This document shows, piece by piece, positions 14,101-26,100 of a DNA stretch of 64,000 nt. This stretch comes from Macrostomum lignano (taxonomy: Eukaryota), in contig NIVC01002753.1 in NCBI GenBank assembly GCA_002269645.1, positions 1,541 to 65,540 of the forward strand. Direction: 5' to 3'. The translations under genes and the position numbers were made by a program. Position 1 is the stretch's first letter, and every line of letters begins with the position of its first letter. The notes beneath the pieces were generated by a model. That model was not told where the DNA came from. It did not search any database and saw nothing but the letters and a program-made list of their open reading frames with translations.

Positions 14101-17100
14101 ACTGACTGACTGACTGACTGACTGACTGACTGACTGACTGACTGACTGACTGACTGACTGACTGACTGACTGACTGACTGACTGACTGACTGACTGACTG
14201 ACTGACTGACTGACTGACTGACTGACTGACTGACTGACTGACTGACTGACTGACTGACTGACTGACTGACTGACTGACTGACTGACTGACTGACTGACTG
14301 ACTGACTGACTGACTGACTGACTGACTGACTGACTGACTGACTGACTGACTGACTGACTGACTGACTGACTGACTGACTGACTGACTGACTGACTGACTG
14401 ACTGACTGACTGACTGACTGACTGACTGACTGACTGACTGACTGACTGACTGACTGACTGACTGACTGACTGACTGACTGACTGACTGACTGACTGACTG
14501 ACTGACTGACTGACTGACTGACTGACTGACAGACAGACAGACAGACAGACCGAACTTCCGAACAAAGAAACCGAACAAACCGAACTTCCGCATCCCGCAG
14601 GAAGGCTCGCGGTCCATAATTAAGCGTCCCTGGCGCGAACTGAGCCAAGTGGTTAACCTGGAGGTGAGCCAACTTTTTTCAAAAAAATTCATTGTCGATG
14701 ACTCATCTTGCAGTTTAATTTGCAGTCTTCACTGTCAAACTAAGTTATAGAATGTCAGATTTTTGCCAATGAATTCTTTCTAACTGAACAAATTGCATCT
14801 CAGTGTCTGATGCCAGCCATCGTTCCTCTCTCCCATCTCCACGGATAGGGTTTCGTTTTTCCCATTTGACTCAAAATGTACTCAAATTGGGTAAAAAATA
14901 CCATTTGAGTCGCATCCAAGTTCCTAAAGCTCTCACTTACTTAATTAGTTCTGCCTAATTAGCCGAGTTGCGTGCACACAGATTTTCCTAATATAGAGAG
15001 AGAGAAAGTTTTCTAGACTCTTCTTCGCAGTGAGCTCAATTTTAATTGAAAACGGAATTGCCCCAACAGCCCTATTGTTGATTCTGTGGGACTCCGCCTG
15101 TCTCCGCCTCCGTTAGTCATCGTGACATCGTGCGTGCATCAGTTTTTTTGTCCCTTCCTATTCCCTCTATTTAATCATTTATTTTATTCCAATATTTAAA
15201 AGTCAATTATTTAGGCAAGGCAGGCATTAGGCGGGGGAGCTTGTGTCACAGTCGGAATACTCATTTTTTTCTATAGTCTGTCTAAATTAAAGTTGACTGG
15301 GTTGTCTGTCTCTGTATTAAATTGCGAGAGAATAAATTCTTTTATTTCTAATTTCAAAACGTTTTTGCATTTGCTTCCATTGTATTTTAGCATTATTTGT
15401 ACTAGCTCGTAAATCGCTATTGAGAAACCGGGGTTGTACTTTTCTGCTCAATCATTTGTCTATCAAATCTGTTTTCTTAGAATTCACGTTAGAATTTCTT
15501 AGAATTTGTTTTTTTTCTTTTTTTCTTAGAAACCATCCGATTTTCTCGAAATTAGTTTTCAATTTTCTTAGAATCAATCCAGTTTTCTTGGAAACTTCTG
15601 TTTGTTAGAATCGATCCATCCAGATTTCTTGGAATATTTTTTGTAGATTTTTTAGAATTTAGCCAGTTTTCTTGGCATCTGTTTCTACTTTCTTAGAATC
15701 AATTCAGATTTTTTGGAATCTTCTCTGTTTATTAGAATCAATTCAGATTTCTTTGTACTCTTTTCTATTTCTTAGAATCTACCCATATTTCTTGGAATAT
15801 TTTCTGCTTCTTAGAATCAATCCAGTTTTTTTGGAAACTTCTGCTTCTTAGAACCGATCCATCCAGATTTCTTTGAATCTGTTGCTTTTTTCTTACAATT
15901 TAGCCAGTTTTCTTGGAATATTTTCTGTTTCTTAGAATTTAGCCAGTTTTCTTGGAATCTGTTTCTACTTTCTTAGAATAAATTCAGATTTGTTGGAATC
16001 TTCTCTGTTTCTTAAAATCAATTCAGATTTATTTGTACTCTTTTCTGTTTCTTAGAATTTCGCCAGTTTTCTTGGAATATTTTCTGTTTCTTAGAATTTA
16101 GCCAGTTTTCTTGGAATATTTTCTGTTTCTTAGAATTTAGCCAGTTTTCTTGGAATATTTTCTGTTTCTTAGAATCTATACAGATCAAGGATCATATATA
16201 CACAAGATAAGCCACTCACAAACCACTTATTTGGACAAAGAAGATCATTTGAAAAATAATTGCAACTCGCGACAGCGTGAAAATCAGTTATTGAATTCAG
16301 TTTCCTCAATAGTCTCCGTAGTGCATGCATCATTTCTAATTTTATTAGGTATTTAATCTAAAGTCTAAGATGAAGGTAATATATAAGATTCATAATCCAG
16401 ATTTCTTTTTGGATCTGTTGAATTTTAAAATAAATTATCTTGATCTCTTAGAATCTGCCTGGTTTCCTTATAAACCATCTATATTTCTTATGTAGCTTCC
16501 TATTTCTAGTTTTCTTGGAAAACCGCTCATATTTCTCAGGACCCACGTTGATATTCTCAACCTAGGTTGCTTTATATATTTGTAATGTCTTAAAAAATCA
16601 AAATGAATTTCTCGGATAAAGATTACTCACAATCCAGTTCATTCTGGTTCCATCGTTAATCGTCTTCTTGACGCAAGGATATGCATTAAACTAATTATGC
16701 CAACGAAACCATTCCAGTGCGACAGCGTCAACATGACCGATCGAATACGCGAACTTCGAGTCAATTCCATCTTGTTTTTAAACATTCCCAAGTACAGCGC
16801 CGGCGCCATGCCCTGGGGCAATCCGACTGGTAGTCAGGGGTTCGAACCCCAACGACCCGACGATGGTTACGTTGAAGTGATCGGATTCAGTTCGAGTCAT
16901 TTGGTAATCATTGGTTGTTTAAATGATTTGTGTCGTTCAAATTGAGCTTATAAGATGGTTAAATGGGAGCTTATAAGATGGTTAAATGGAGCTTATAAGA
17001 TGGTTAAATGGGAGCTTATAAGATGGTTAAATGGGAGCTTATAAGATGGTCAAATGGAGCTTATAAGATGGTTAAATGGGAGCTTATAAGATGGTTAAAT

Positions 17101-20100
17101 GGGAGCTTATAAGATGGTTAAATGGAGCTTATAAGATGGTTAAATGGGAGCTTATAAGATGGTTAAATGGGAGCTTATAAGATGGTTAAATGGAGCTTAT
17201 AAGATGGTTAAATGGGAGCTTATAAGATGGTTAAATGGGAGCTTATAAGATGGTTAAATGGGAGCTTATAAGATGGTTAAATGGAGCTTATAAGATGGTT
17301 AAATGGGAGCTTATAAGATGGTTAAATGGGAGCTTATAAGATGGTTAAATGGGAGCTTATAAGATGGTTAAATTGAGCTTATAAGATGGTTAAATGGGAG
17401 CTTATAAGATGGTTAAATGGGAGCTTATAAGATGGTTAAATGGAGCTTATAAGATGGTTAAATTGAGCTTATAAGATGGTTAAATGGAGCTTATAAGATG
17501 GTTAAATGGGAGCTTATAAGATGGTTAAATGGGAGCTTATAAGATGGTTAAATGGGAGCTTATAAGATGGTTAAATTGAGCTTATAAGATGGTTAAATGG
17601 AGCTTATAAGATGGTTAAATGGGAGCTTATAAGATGGTTAAATGGGAGCTTATAAGATGGTTAAATGGGAGCTTATAAGATGGTTAAATGGAGCTTATAA
17701 GATGGTTAAATGGGAGCTTAGCTCGTATAAGATGGTTAAATGGGAGCTTATAAGATGGTTAAATTGAGCTTATAAGATGGTTAAATGGAGCTTATAAGAT
17801 GGTTAAATGGAGCTTATAAGATGGTTAAATGGAGCTTATAAGATGGTTAAATGGGAGCTTATAAGATGGTTAAATGGAGCTTATAAGATGGTTAAATGGG
17901 AGCTTATAAGATGGTTAAATTGAGCTTATAAGATGGTTAAATGGGAGCTTATAAGATGGTTAAATGGGAGCTTATAAGATGGTTAAATGGGAGCTTATAA
18001 GATGGTTAAATTGAGCTTATAAGATGGTTAAATGGAGCTTATAAGATGGTTAAATGGGAGCTTATAAGATGGTTAAATGGGAGCTTATAAGATGGTTAAA
18101 TTGAGCTTATAAGATGGTTAAATGGAGCTTATAAGATGGTTAAATGGGAGCTTATAAGATGGTTAAATGGGAGCTTATAAGATGGTTAAATTGAGCTTAT
18201 AAGATGGTTAAATGGAGCTTATAAGATGGTTAAATGGGAGCTTATAAGATGGTTAAATGGGAGCTTATAAGATGGTTAAATGGGAGCTTATAAGATGGTT
18301 AAATTGAGCTTATAAGATGGTTAAATTGAGCTTATAAGATGGTTAAATGGGAGCTTATAAGATGGTTAAATTGAGCTTATAAGATGGTTAAATTGAGCTT
18401 ATAAGATGGTTAAATTGAGCTTATAAGATGGTTAAATGGAGCTTATAAGATGGTTAAATGGAGCTTATAAGATGGTTAAATGGGAGCTTATAAGATGGTT
18501 AAATTGAGCTTATAAGATGGTTAAATGGAGCTTATAAGATGGTTAAATGGAGCTTATAAGATGGTTAAATGGGAGCTTATAAGATGGTTAAATTGAGCTT
18601 ATAAGATGGTTAAATGGGAGCTTATAAGATGGTTAAATGGAGCTTATAAGATGGTTAAATGGAGCTTATAAGATGGTTAAATGGAGCTTATAAGATGGTT
18701 AAATGGAGCTTATAAGATGGTTAAATGGGAGCTTATAAGATGGTTAAATGGAGCTTATAAGATGGTTAAATGGAGCTTATAAGATTGTTAAATGGAGCTT
18801 ATAAGATGGTTAAATGGAGCTTATAAGATGGTTAAATGGGAGCTTATAAGATGGTTAAATTGAGCTTATAAGATGGTTAAATGGAGCTTATAAGATGGTT
18901 AAATGGAGCTTATAAGATGGTTAAATTGAGCTTATAAGATGGTTAAATGGAGCTTATAAGATGGTTAAATGGAGCTTATAAGATGGTTAAATTGAGCTTA
19001 TAAGATGGTTAAATGGAGCTTATAAGATGGTTAAATTGAGCTTATAAGATGGTTAAATTGAGCTTATAAGATGGTTAAATTGAGCTTATAAGATGGTTAA
19101 ATTGAGCTTATAAGATGGTTAAATGGAGCTTATAAGATGGTTAAATGGGAGCTTATAAGATGGTTAAATGGGAGCTTATAAGACGGTTAAATGGGAGTTT
19201 ATAAGATGGTTAGATGGTTAAATGGGAGCTTATAAGATGGTCAAGTGCAAAATTTAACCGCAAATTGCAATTAAAAATCGATTCTTGATAACAATACAAC
19301 GCCTTGAACCGAACGCAGGCCACAGTGCAGATGGGCTGGCACGGGCACCGGATCTGCCAGTGCAAACGGGCGATAATACGCACTAGTCGAATCATTCCCA
19401 TTCAGGTACGCATACTTGCACAGTTTCTCATAAATGTCATTGAGTCAGATTGGTCCTCATTGAGTCAGATTGGTCTTCATTGAGTCAGATTGGTCTTCAT
19501 TGAGTCAGATTGGTCTTCATTGAGTCAAATTGGTCTTCATTGAATCAGATTGGTCTTCATTGAATCAGATTGGTCTTCATTGAATCAGATTGGTCTTCAT
19601 TGAATCAGATTGGTCTTCATTGAATCAGATTGGTCTTCATTGAGTCAGATTGGTCCTCATTGAGTCAGATTGGTCTTCATTGAGTCAGATTGGTCCTCAT
19701 TGAGTCAGATTGGTCTTCATTGAGTCAGATTGGTCTTCATTGAGTCAGATTGGTCTTCATTGAATCAGATTGGTCCTCATTGAGTCATATTGGTCTTTAT
19801 TGAGTCAGATTGGTCCTCATTGAGTCAGATTGGTCTTTATTGAGTCAGATTGGTCTTCATTGAGTCAGATTGGTCCTCATTGAGTCAGATTGGTCTTCAT
19901 TGAGTCAGATTGGTCTTCATTGAGTCAGATTGGTCTTTATTGAGTCAGATTGGTCCTCATTGAGTCAGATTGGTCTTCATTGAGTCAGATTGGTCTTCAT
20001 TGAGTCAGATTGGTCTTCATTGAGTCAGATTGGTCTTCATTGAGTCAGATTGGTCTTCAAATTAGTCAAATTGGTCTTCATTGAGTCAGATTGGTCTTCA

Positions 20101-23100
20101 AATTAGTCAAATTGGTCTTCATTGAGTCAGATTGGTCTTCATTGAGTCAGATTGGTCTTCAAATTAGTCAAATTGGTCTTCATTGAGTCAGATTGGTCTT
20201 CATTGAGTCAGATTGGTCTTCATTGAGTCAGATTGGTCTTCAAATTAGTCAAATTGGTCTTCATTGAGTCAGATTGGTCTTCATTGAGTCAGATTGGTCT
20301 TCATTGAGTCAGATTGGTCTTTATTGAGTCAGATTGGTCCTCATTGAGTCAGATTGGTCTTCATTGAGTCAGATTGGTCTTCATTGAGTCAGATTGGTCT
20401 TCATTGAGTCAGATTGGTCTTCATTGAGTCAGATTGGTCCTCATTGAGTCAGATTGGTCTTCATTGAGTCAGATTGGTCTTCATTGAGTCAGATTGGTCT
20501 TCATTGAGTCAGATTGGTCTTCATTGAGTCAGATTGGTCTTCATTGAGTCAGATTGGTCTTTATTGAGTCAGATTGGTCTTTATTGAGTCAGATTGGTCC
20601 TCAAATGAGTCAGATTGGTATTCAAAATAAGCAAGCAGTTTTTGCCAACAGAACAGCATAACAATGCTACAAAGCAGAATATCCAAAACTTGCGGTCTAC
20701 ACTTAACTCTATTTCTAGCAACTTGTCAGATCTGACTATTCGACTATTTGATTATATTTAGATTGACGGTGAGCCCTGGCGTCTCCAGCCGTCCGTAATT
20801 GACATATCGTTGCACAACCAGGCCAACATGATTCAGAAGCCCAAACGGCGGAATAGCATTCCACTGCTGACTGAGTAAGTTGAGATATTTTTTCGATTTT
20901 GTTATCTATTATTATACTACTGCTATTGTTAGTAGTTGAATAGGAGCTTATTGTAAAAAAGGCTAAACTATGAAAACCATTTTTATCATAAATTTCAGCC
21001 TGTCAATGTAAGACAATTGTGAAATAGAAAAAATAGTTCTTCGTTTTAATTTTGTCTTTCAAACCTGCATGCAGTTGTGTTGTCAAGTGTACATTTGGTT
21101 TAGTGGCAAATCGTTTCCTCGAAGCTTTACACACCTTGTGTCTACATGCATACATACTTTACATACCTTGTGACTACATGTATACATACTTTACATACCT
21201 TGTGTCTACATGCATACATACTTTACATACCTTGTGACTACATGTATACATACTTTACATACCTTGTGTCTACATGTATACATACTTTACATACATTGTG
21301 GCTACATGTATACATACTTTACATACCTTGTGTCTACATGCATACATACTTTACATACCTTGTGACTACATGTATACATACTTTACATACCTTGTGTCTA
21401 CATGCATACATACTTTACATACCTTGTGACTACATGTATACATACTTTACATACCTTGTGTCTACATGCATACATACTTTACATACCTTGTGACTACATG
21501 TATACATACTTTACATACCTTGTGACTACATGTATACATACTTTACATACCTTGTGTCTACATGCATACATACTTTACATACATTGTGTCTACATGCATA
21601 CATACTTTACATACATTGTGGCTACATGCATACATACTTTACATACATTGTGGCTACATGCATACATACTTTACATACATTGTGGCTACATGTATACATA
21701 CTTTACATACATTGTGGCTACATGTATACATACTTTACGTAAGTTTCCAAGGTAGCTGGATTGCTTTAGCTTTTTGTAAATCTATTTTCTTCAAAGTTCG
21801 GTTCTACTCGACGCGTTTTAACCTTTAGTCGATAGTTTGGAAGCCCCTGATAATTTTCCTTGCTAAGTTTCTTAACATGTGAGAGCTGTGCGAGCCACAG
21901 CCTGGTGTTGTAGCTGGCAGTATGTGCCAGCGGCCCAGGCTCGATTCCAAGTGCAGTCACATTAATTTGGAGCTAAATTGGAATCTCGGCTTGGCTCTGT
22001 TCGTGCAATTAACGCCATTGAGAGCCAACCCCCCAAGGCGCAGTGCAGTGTACATGCCTAAGGTGTAATAAAGTTAGGGCCGCTGTACACTCCTGTGTGA
22101 GTGTGTGACTGCATACGTATCCGCGCGCTTGTGTGCCTGCTCAGGGGAGTCGGCGGAATGGGCAGTAATGCCTCTCGCCGGTTGTGTGCTAATGTCGCTT
22201 AAAGTGCGCCAGGGTGCACACAACCCCCTGCTTCTATTAAAAATAACATCGTCAGTCGTAAAAGTAAAGTGAACGTTTTGATTTTGTTGTGTATTTGAAT
22301 AACAAATGTTGTAACATTTCCATGAATTTCTTCCCGCACAAGAAGATGCTTCTGTCTTAGCTGCTGCCGCGGTGGCTTTCGCAGAAATTCCTATTTTATG
22401 TTGGATTTCGATAGCCAAGATCGCCAGGATCGTACGAATTCAACTACTACTACTAATATTAATAAGTGCGATTAAATTGATCATTCTCATTTGGCCTAAT
22501 GCTGGTTACGTTTGCGCCTATTTAAACAAGAATTAGTCGGAAACCAATTTTGCTGATTAGTTTTTTGTCCAATTTTATTTTTTGTTTGATGGGATTAAGT
22601 TAAAGTCGCTAAAACACTACCTTTAATCATCCCTCTATCCGGCAGTCTGGAAAGCTTTTTGACCAATAATAATTAGTTAGAGCGAAAAAAACATTATCTG
22701 TAATATTTTACTCAACAAAAATTCAATGATACCCTTTTTCAAATCGTCTTCCTAATGTTTGTCAGAGTCTATGAGTAGTCTGAGTAGTATATGCGAGTAG
22801 TAAGCTGGATACAGCAGCACCTCCCGGTCCAGCTGCAGGCTTAGCTGCTGAACTTCCAACTTTAAATATTTAGAGAGTGAAAAAGCACAAATTTTGAACT
22901 TTTTGTGAGTTTCAAATTCGCGGCAGAATTTTTTTTGTTTTAACAAATATTTGCGAGCGTAGAATGTGCCATGTAATTCATTCATAAAACCGCTAATTTT
23001 TCTAATCAAGCTCTCAAATTTCTGAAGATAAAAGCCGCAAGCCAAGATGTTGAGCAATTTGCGAAGCCAAAAAAAGCGCAAAAAAACTTTATCTATCTAA

Positions 23101-26100
23101 AGTAGTTAAAGTAATTAAACAAAAATTTCCAGGTCGTTTTTTCAACAAAAAAATTTCATTGTCTTTATTCAAATCATTGAAGCATAAAGTCAATCATTTT
23201 AATATATGGAGTTAGTTTCATAATTTCCTGGTATCTCCATAAAGTGCGCACATCTTTTAGAACCAACTAAGCCTTCAAAACCTTTCTTAGAAACGAAGTC
23301 ATCCGTCTTTCGAATTCTATTTTGACTATTGAGCTCGTAAACATCCGATTATGTGTTGACCCTGAATCTAAAATTGGTTTTTTAAACTTTTACTAATATG
23401 GATCGTTTTTTTTCATTATTGCCTACTTATCTAGAATGTGTCAGTAATAGGAACCAAGCTTACATCTAAAATTAAACATTTGATTCTCGATAAGTAAACA
23501 TGTTTTACATTTACAGTGCGCAACGAATTAAAGCCAGACGTCAATTTGCCAGAAACGTTAGGAAATTTTGTCTGACTCCTATCCCAGCCGAGTAGTAAGG
23601 ACAGCAGAGATTTTTTAAAATTAACCATGAAGAGTTAATTCAGAATTTTATTGAAATCATAACCAACGTTTTAAACTAAAATTCTGTGTTTAAACATTGT
23701 ATTTACAGTTTAACAATTTAGCAATACCTTTGTGCGTGACTTCAAAAACTTTCGAAAATCTATCCGACCGCTGTAATGCTCCAATTGTGATTTTTAAAAA
23801 AAACATTTTTAGCGACGGGGACTATGGATTCAGTCAGGGGGCCGCACCGAGTAGTCAGCCGCTAATTATGGAACGGCTGCGCATTCAGGTGTCCGTCATC
23901 TCCATGACCGATTACGAGAGTCTGCAGTACGACAAGGAAAAGCTGCGCCTAGCTTGTAAGTTTTACCGGAACTTGAAGTTTCATTTTGAGGTTTCTGAGA
24001 TATTTTTATTAAATTGTTTTTTTTTGCAGCGTACCCTCTGGGTATCATCTTGGTTGAAGTGGACTCGGATCTCGAACACGTTCGAACCCATATTGATCGA
24101 CTCGCATCGGTAAGCTGTTCTGAATGTAGGTAGTTGTTGCTGTTGTTGAGACGGGGTGCCTAGCAGTGCTGGGGCGTGGATGAGCCCGGAAGAGGATTTG
24201 TCGTTGGGGTGGGGGGGGCCTGGGTGGACTCGGTCCTAGCACCGTCCCTGATTCCACTATGGGTTGGCGGTGTCTTAGTCCATAGACATTGAGCTGGTAG
24301 CCCCAATTAGGTTTCGCTACCAGGCAATGAGTCCTGGTCCCAATCGTGGCCTCTCGGGCTTCGGCCCCTGGCAGTATGGCCCACTTCAATATCTTAGCGG
24401 CAGAGCCCTTCCCTGGGCTGATCCGCGGGGCCCCTAGGCTACCCACCCTCAACAACAACAAGAGGATTGCTGGAAGCAGAGTGGGTCCACCAGGGGTTAC
24501 TAGACCCGGGCCACTACCTGAGAAATTGGAATCCTCCTTTTCGTAGCACAAGGAAGAGAGCCTAAGCCATAATAGGCAAGATTGGGCTCCATCAAGGGCG
24601 AAAATTTTTGGGGGTCTTTACTGCGAAGCTCAGTTCTTAGTCTTAGTTTGTTGTTCAAGTCCGGCCTCCTCAGAGAACATCATCCACTGACGCAAAATAC
24701 CCTTTGGACAGGGTCGCTGTAGGCAGCCGAAAGAGATCGATTGCACCACCGGGCGGTGCCGCAGACAGGTGTAATAGCCTGTCGCCAAGGCCGCCGAAAG
24801 CATTTCCACAGCCTAGGATCCCCGAATTCCTGGCGGGTTCCACTGGCAGGGTACCAGCTTCTGAGGCACAAGCCTTCTAGGTGGTCCATTTACCAGCTCT
24901 CAACTCAAGTAGGTTCACCTAGCGCAATGGTAGCTCAAAGCCGCTAACCAGCAATGCAAGATCACCAGTCAGAAGCCCCATGCTGCACCACAACCCTCCG
25001 GGCTTAGTACGCCAACTCTGGCAATCTCAAAAAGACCGTCTTTAATGTAGGTAGTTACGACAGCCTAAAAAATAACTCGTCTAACTAACAAGCTTTCAAA
25101 GCAATGAAAATATTATAGTTGATAGCAAGTCAACTTTACATGTTTTCCTTTTGATATTTTGTTTTAAGCTCTGTAGTTCCTTTTCGATTACTAAAATTTT
25201 AATTGTGGAAAAATATCGTTTAAAGGACACCTGCTTGATCACGCAAACCGGAAAATCTCGACTGTCAAACAACTGGGTCTTTCTAGACTGTAAGTAAACA
25301 CTGTTTAAAATTTGTCAGTTTTTATGAATAGCTAATATTAAAACAAGCGTGATTAATCTGTGCACTGTGTCCCACAGCCACCACAGCTGAACGATTCTTC
25401 CGAATTGACAAGCAGCAAGAGTCGTTGCACTTCATCACGGACATCAGCTCGGAAGATCTGTACGTTCTGGACCCGGAGCTGATCACTGGCAGCTCTGACG
25501 AACGACTGTTCCCAGTTGAGCGGGTGCACAGCGAGGAAACTCTGCCAAAGATGCTAGTCCATAGCCCGGATATTGAGGTTGCAGCCAGTCCCGATCCCGA
25601 CTATCGCTGCTCCAGGTAAGTAAGCCTTGGTTAATTAATTCCTGGTTTTGTTAATATTTAGTAAGAAAATAAACGTCAACACAAACATAAAAAGTAAACC
25701 TTGTTTAATTCTAGCCAACGCGTTTCGTCAAACACTAGACGTCGTCAGGGCAAATTCACTCAACCTAAGATCATACCACCAATATATTTAAGCAAAAATC
25801 ACTGTACAATCCAGAGGCGGGTCAAATCAGTCCGGTAGAATTAAGAAAGTGCCAAGTACACAACAAAGTGAGAGAGAAAAAAAAAATAAATAGGCACGGC
25901 TCTGCTCACAGTACTCTTAGCTCACGCTCCACCCCATTGCCAGCAAGCTGCACATTCAGGTTGGGTTTGTGCATTCTGATATACGAAGCTTCGATAATCT
26001 TAAGCTTATGGTCAAATTTGCACCCATCCAGCACTTTAAAGAGCTGAATCGGTTCACCATCACAGCATTTTTTACAAACAAGCAGATGGTCATTAATCGC

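Noticed and set aside
13471-14692. SQSV poly-repeat ORFs
   Set aside because: (GACT)n microsatellite translation.
24045-24551. 168-aa minus-strand ORF overlapping DGK exon 16
   Set aside because: No recognisable motif; likely a chance ORF in GC-rich inserted DNA.
24666-24672. CTGAGGA hammerhead half-core on the minus strand
   Set aside because: No stem II followed by GAAA at a suitable distance.
24789-24886. HDV-like ribozyme fold in the 0.9-kb insert (GCCGCCG / TGGCGG, GCCTAG / CTAGGT)
   Set aside because: Partial P1/P2/P3 pairings exist, but L3 length, P1.1 and the catalytic C-R-A J4/2 strand do not fit.
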